From an uncultured Planctomycetota bacterium (GTDB lineage Bacteria; Planctomycetota; Planctomycetia; Isosphaerales; Isosphaeraceae): DNA of 64,000 nucleotides. Shown here piece after piece: positions 61,030-64,000 of this stretch (positions are counted from its first letter, which is position 1; the number at the start of each line of letters is the position of its first letter). The stretch covers positions 1 to 64,000 of the forward strand of contig CAWJTV010000014.1 of assembly GCA_963845755.1 (NCBI GenBank), read 5' to 3'. The position numbers were made by a program, and so were the translations under genes. The notes below the pieces were generated by a model, which ran no database searches, was not told the DNA's origin, and saw nothing but the letters and a program-made list of their open reading frames with translations.

Positions 61030-62790
61030 TCAATTTCGCCCCGGCGGTGTGAAGTTCTCCAATTGTTGGAGCCGCTTGAGCGCCTCCGAAGCGCGGAGTG
61101 TATTGTAGTTGATCCCGCCAGCATTCAGGCTACTTCCGGCCTGATATGGGTACTGCTCGAAGTCCGCGAAGAACTCCTTGATCTTCTGCTGGACCGGCAC
61201 GAACAGCCAGAGGAGGTCCCCTTACCATCGGATATACATCCCCGACTCATGGGGCGCCCGCTCGTAGGGGTCGGCACGCAGGTGGATGATGACCGGCCAG
61301 CCGGGAGTATTGCGGGTCCCTGTTGCGATATTCCCGTCCAGGGTCGCGAAGTGGATCTTCCAGTCGTTCCAGCGGACGGCGTTCAGGTCGCCCCCCTGGC
61401 CGAAATAATAGTACTCCTCTCGCGGCGGCTTCTTGGCCTCCCCCTTGAAAAATGGCAGGTAGTTGTAGCCATCGAGGTGGACCTTGAAGGTCTTGCCGTT
61501 GGCCTGATAGCCGTGCTTGAGCTTCTCGCGGACGTCGGGCTCGCCGGCGGCGGCTGCGAACGTCGGCATCCAGTCGTTGTGGGCGATCATGTCGTTGATG
61601 ATCGTCCCCGGCTTGATCACGCCCGGCCAGCGGACCAGGAGCGGCACGCGATGCCCACCTTCCCAGGTCGTTCCCTTCTCGCCGTGGAACGGCGTCGTGC
61701 CGCCATCCGGCCACGAAACGATCTCGGCGCCATTATCGGTTGAATACATGACGATCGTGTTGTCGGCGATGCCGAGGTCGTCGACCTTCCGGAGGAGCCG
61801 GCCGACCATCCCGTCGTGCTCGACCATGCCGTCGGGATAGAGGCCGATGCCGGTCTTGCCTTCCGACTCTTTCTTGAGGTGGGTCCAGACGTGCATCCGG
61901 GTTGTGTTGAACCACATGAAGAACGGCTTATCCGACCGCTTGGCGCGATCGAGGAAGTCGAACCCCGCCGCCAGGAACTCCTCGTCGATCGTCTCCATTC
62001 GCTTGCGCGTCAATGGGCCGGTGTCCTCGATAGGTCCGTCGGCATTCACCTTGAGCACCCCGCGTGGCCCGTACTTCTTGCGAAACTCCGGATCCTTCGG
62101 GTAGTAGTACCCCTCCGGCTCCTCCTCGGCGTTCAGGTGGTACAGGTTGCCGAAGAACTCGTCGAAGCCGTGGGCCGTCGGCAAATGATTGTCGCGATCG
62201 CCGAGGTGATTCTTGCCGAACTGGGCCGTTGTATAGCCCTGGGCCTTGAGCAAGTCGGCAATCGTCGGAGTCCAGTCGGGGATGCCGTGGGGCGAGCCTG
62301 GCATGCCGATCGTCAACAGCCCGGTGCGAAACGGATGCTGGCCGAGGATGAAGGCTGCACGGCCCGCGGTGCAAGACTGCTCGCCGTAGGCATCGGTGAA
62401 GAGTGCTCCTTCCCTGGCGAGCCGGTCGATGTTGGGCGTGCGATAACCCATAACACCGTGACTGTAGGCGCTGATGTTGTGGACGCCGATGTCATCGCCC
62501 CAGATCACCAGGATGTTCGGCTTCTTGCCGGCGACCTGAGCTCCCGCGAGGGCCGAACCACCACTCGGCGTGGCCAGGGCCAGGAGCGTCCCTTTGCCGA
62601 TGTCGTCCGAGCAACACGCAGGTCCGTCGTCGGAGGGCTTGGCGGACATGGCTCGGCCCGGATCGGCCGTGGGCCGCTGCGCCGCCTGCGCGCTCGGGAA
62701 GGGGTTCAACTTGTCGGATGCCGCCAGGTAGCCCAGCAAGGCACCCGTGGCAAGAATCGCCAGGGATTGAAGTCGTGTGCCTCGAATCAT
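61030..62790 (-). CDS. Arylsulfatase (Cys-type formylglycine sulfatase); in-frame TAA at 61222-61224
   Basis: KPNILVIWGDDIG, SCTAGRAAF, GKNHLGD, STDNG, GEKGTTWEGG.RVP; the frame continues past the TAA (W*GDLLWLFVPVQ...) to TGA at 61030. Confidence 0.9.
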
Positions 62791-62800
62791 GCTGTAACTT

Positions 62801-64000
62801 TCACCGGGTAAACGTGAGAGCGGGGGCGTTGTTGCCTCCGCCCATGAGGTGGAATACGAATTTGCTCGCGTCCTTCGATTCGATCTTTCCGGCCAGCGGC
62901 GGACCCTCCTCCTGGGTCAAACTGAGCACGTCGTTGACGTAGACCGCGCGGCCGGTGATGGTCTCTTGCTTCTGTCCCTTGTTCGCAACATCCCAGGTGT
63001 AGGCGCCATCGGCCTGGAGCGCAAGCGTGATGGCGGTGTCGGGGGACGGAGCGGCCTTCCAGGTACCGGTCAGCTCCGCGGGAGGTGGTGGCGGAGCAGG
63101 CGCCTCGGCCGGCTCGGTCGCGGAAGAAGAAGCTGGCGCCACGGCAGGAGCCGCTCCCGGAATGGACGGGGCCGGCGGGGCCGCGGTAGCGGGTGCTCCC
63201 GCAAGGACCGGCCCCGTCGCCGTCGCGGGGGCTGTCGCAGGTTCGTTGGCTTTGGTCAAGGCTTTGGCGAACGAAGCCGAGAGCCGGTCCTTCGGCTCGA
63301 GGTTCACGACATTCGTAAACTCGGCTCCAGCCGCTTCGGTGTTGCCTTCAACGAGGTAGTGGTAGGCGAGCAGAAACCTCGTCGACGTCGCGTTAGGATT
63401 GCTCCGGGCCGCCGCCTCGAGACCGCGGAGCTGGTTGGTGTAGGTGTTGACGTCGGGATAAAGACCGACCAGCGTCGCCCAGCTCCAGCAGGGGCCGGCC
63501 GAGAGCACGGCATAGGCGACCGAGGCTGCTTCGTCATAGCGCCTCAAGGCAAACAAGCACAATGATCGAAACTCATGGACGACCGGAGCATTGGGGGTCG
63601 CCTTGATGACCTGGTCGATCAGATCGAGCGCCCGCTGGTAGTCACCCGCCTTGAAAGAGTCGCGCGCGGCGGAAAACACCTGTTCGCTGCTGTCTGCGGC
63701 GCTCGGGTCAGGCGGGGCGGTCGTGACGTTGATCGGCTGCGAGTAATCGTAGACGGCCGTTGTGGCAGCCGGCTGGGCCCCTACGGCGGTCGAGTAGTAA
63801 GGGTTGATATAGTTGCTGCTCAGCCAGGTACTCGCCATCGAGCCCAGCCCCCATCCGCCGATGCTGCTCACTCCCCAGGTCGGGAAGTAGTCATACACGC
63901 CGTAGCCGGTTCCATAACCGTAGCCTCCATAGACCGGATAGCCATAACCCCCATAACCGTACCCGCCCAGAGCCGAGTAATAGCTCGAAGCGCCAAACGC
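62801..64000 (-). CDS. TPR-containing planctomycete protein, 5' end outside the window
   Basis: YG-rich region, Y.NPY, YDYSQPI, AR..FK.GDY..AL, HEFR.LCLFAL, FLLAYHY, Pro/Ala linker, C-terminal beta domain. Confidence 0.8.
   Translation of the reverse strand, partial: AFGASSYYSALGGYGYGGYGYPVYGGYGYGTGYGVYDYFPTWGVSSIGGWGLGSMASTWLSSNYINPYYSTAVGAQPAATTAVYDYSQPINVTTAPPDPSAADSSEQVFSAARDSFKAGDYQRALDLIDQVIKATPNAPVVHEFRSLCLFALRRYDEAASVAYAVLSAGPCWSWATLVGLYPDVNTYTNQLRGLEAAARSNPNATSTRFLLAYHYLVEGNTEAAGAEFTNVVNLEPKDRLSASFAKALTKANEPATAPATATGPVLAGAPATAAPPAPSIPGAAPAVAPASSSATEPAEAPAPPPPPAELTGTWKAAPSPDTAITLALQADGAYTWDVANKGQKQETITGRAVYVNDVLSLTQEEGPPLAGKIESKDASKFVFHLMGGGNNAPALTFTR

Noticed and set aside
61222..61224. 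In-frame stop in the sulfatase as possible recoding
   Set aside because: It is TAA at a non-catalytic position, probably Tyr; a base error or nonsense mutation is simpler

Overview
High-GC bacterial DNA whose gene content (DUF1549/1553, DUF1501, DUF1570, ECF-kinase pair, extended ECF sigma factor) points to a planctomycete. At least 14 genes carry isolated indels, so this looks like an incompletely polished long-read assembly, and most frameshifts are treated as probable errors. From left to right: a caa3-type oxidase plus Rieske/cytochrome b respiratory operon (1-10.5 kb); an ISL3 remnant, broken integrase and tRNA-Leu(GAG); an M16 peptidase, repeat proteins and sugar-related genes; an ATP-grasp/alpha-E/transglutaminase operon; typical planctomycete genes; a ~10 kb accessory block (43.5-53.3 kb); then an ECF/kinase pair, TolC, a truncated ISAs1, a sulfatase and a partial TPR gene. 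The accessory block holds the two best candidates. (1) A split PatA/PatG-like S8 protease and PatG C-terminal-domain protein are followed by three small genes sharing a leader (MxxPG[F/L][S/T]AxxxL...[F/Y]), a [V/I]xP[A/S] junction motif and unrelated cores of 6, 6 and 8 Cys, suggesting a cyanobactin-protease-derived disulfide-rich peptide system. (2) On the opposite strand, an AhpD-like gene reads in frame through a TGA at the second Cys of its CxxC motif (candidate CxxU selenoprotein), downstream of UnbV/UnbU-like genes that have no enediyne PKS in the window. All family calls come from motif recognition by eye; no database searches were run.
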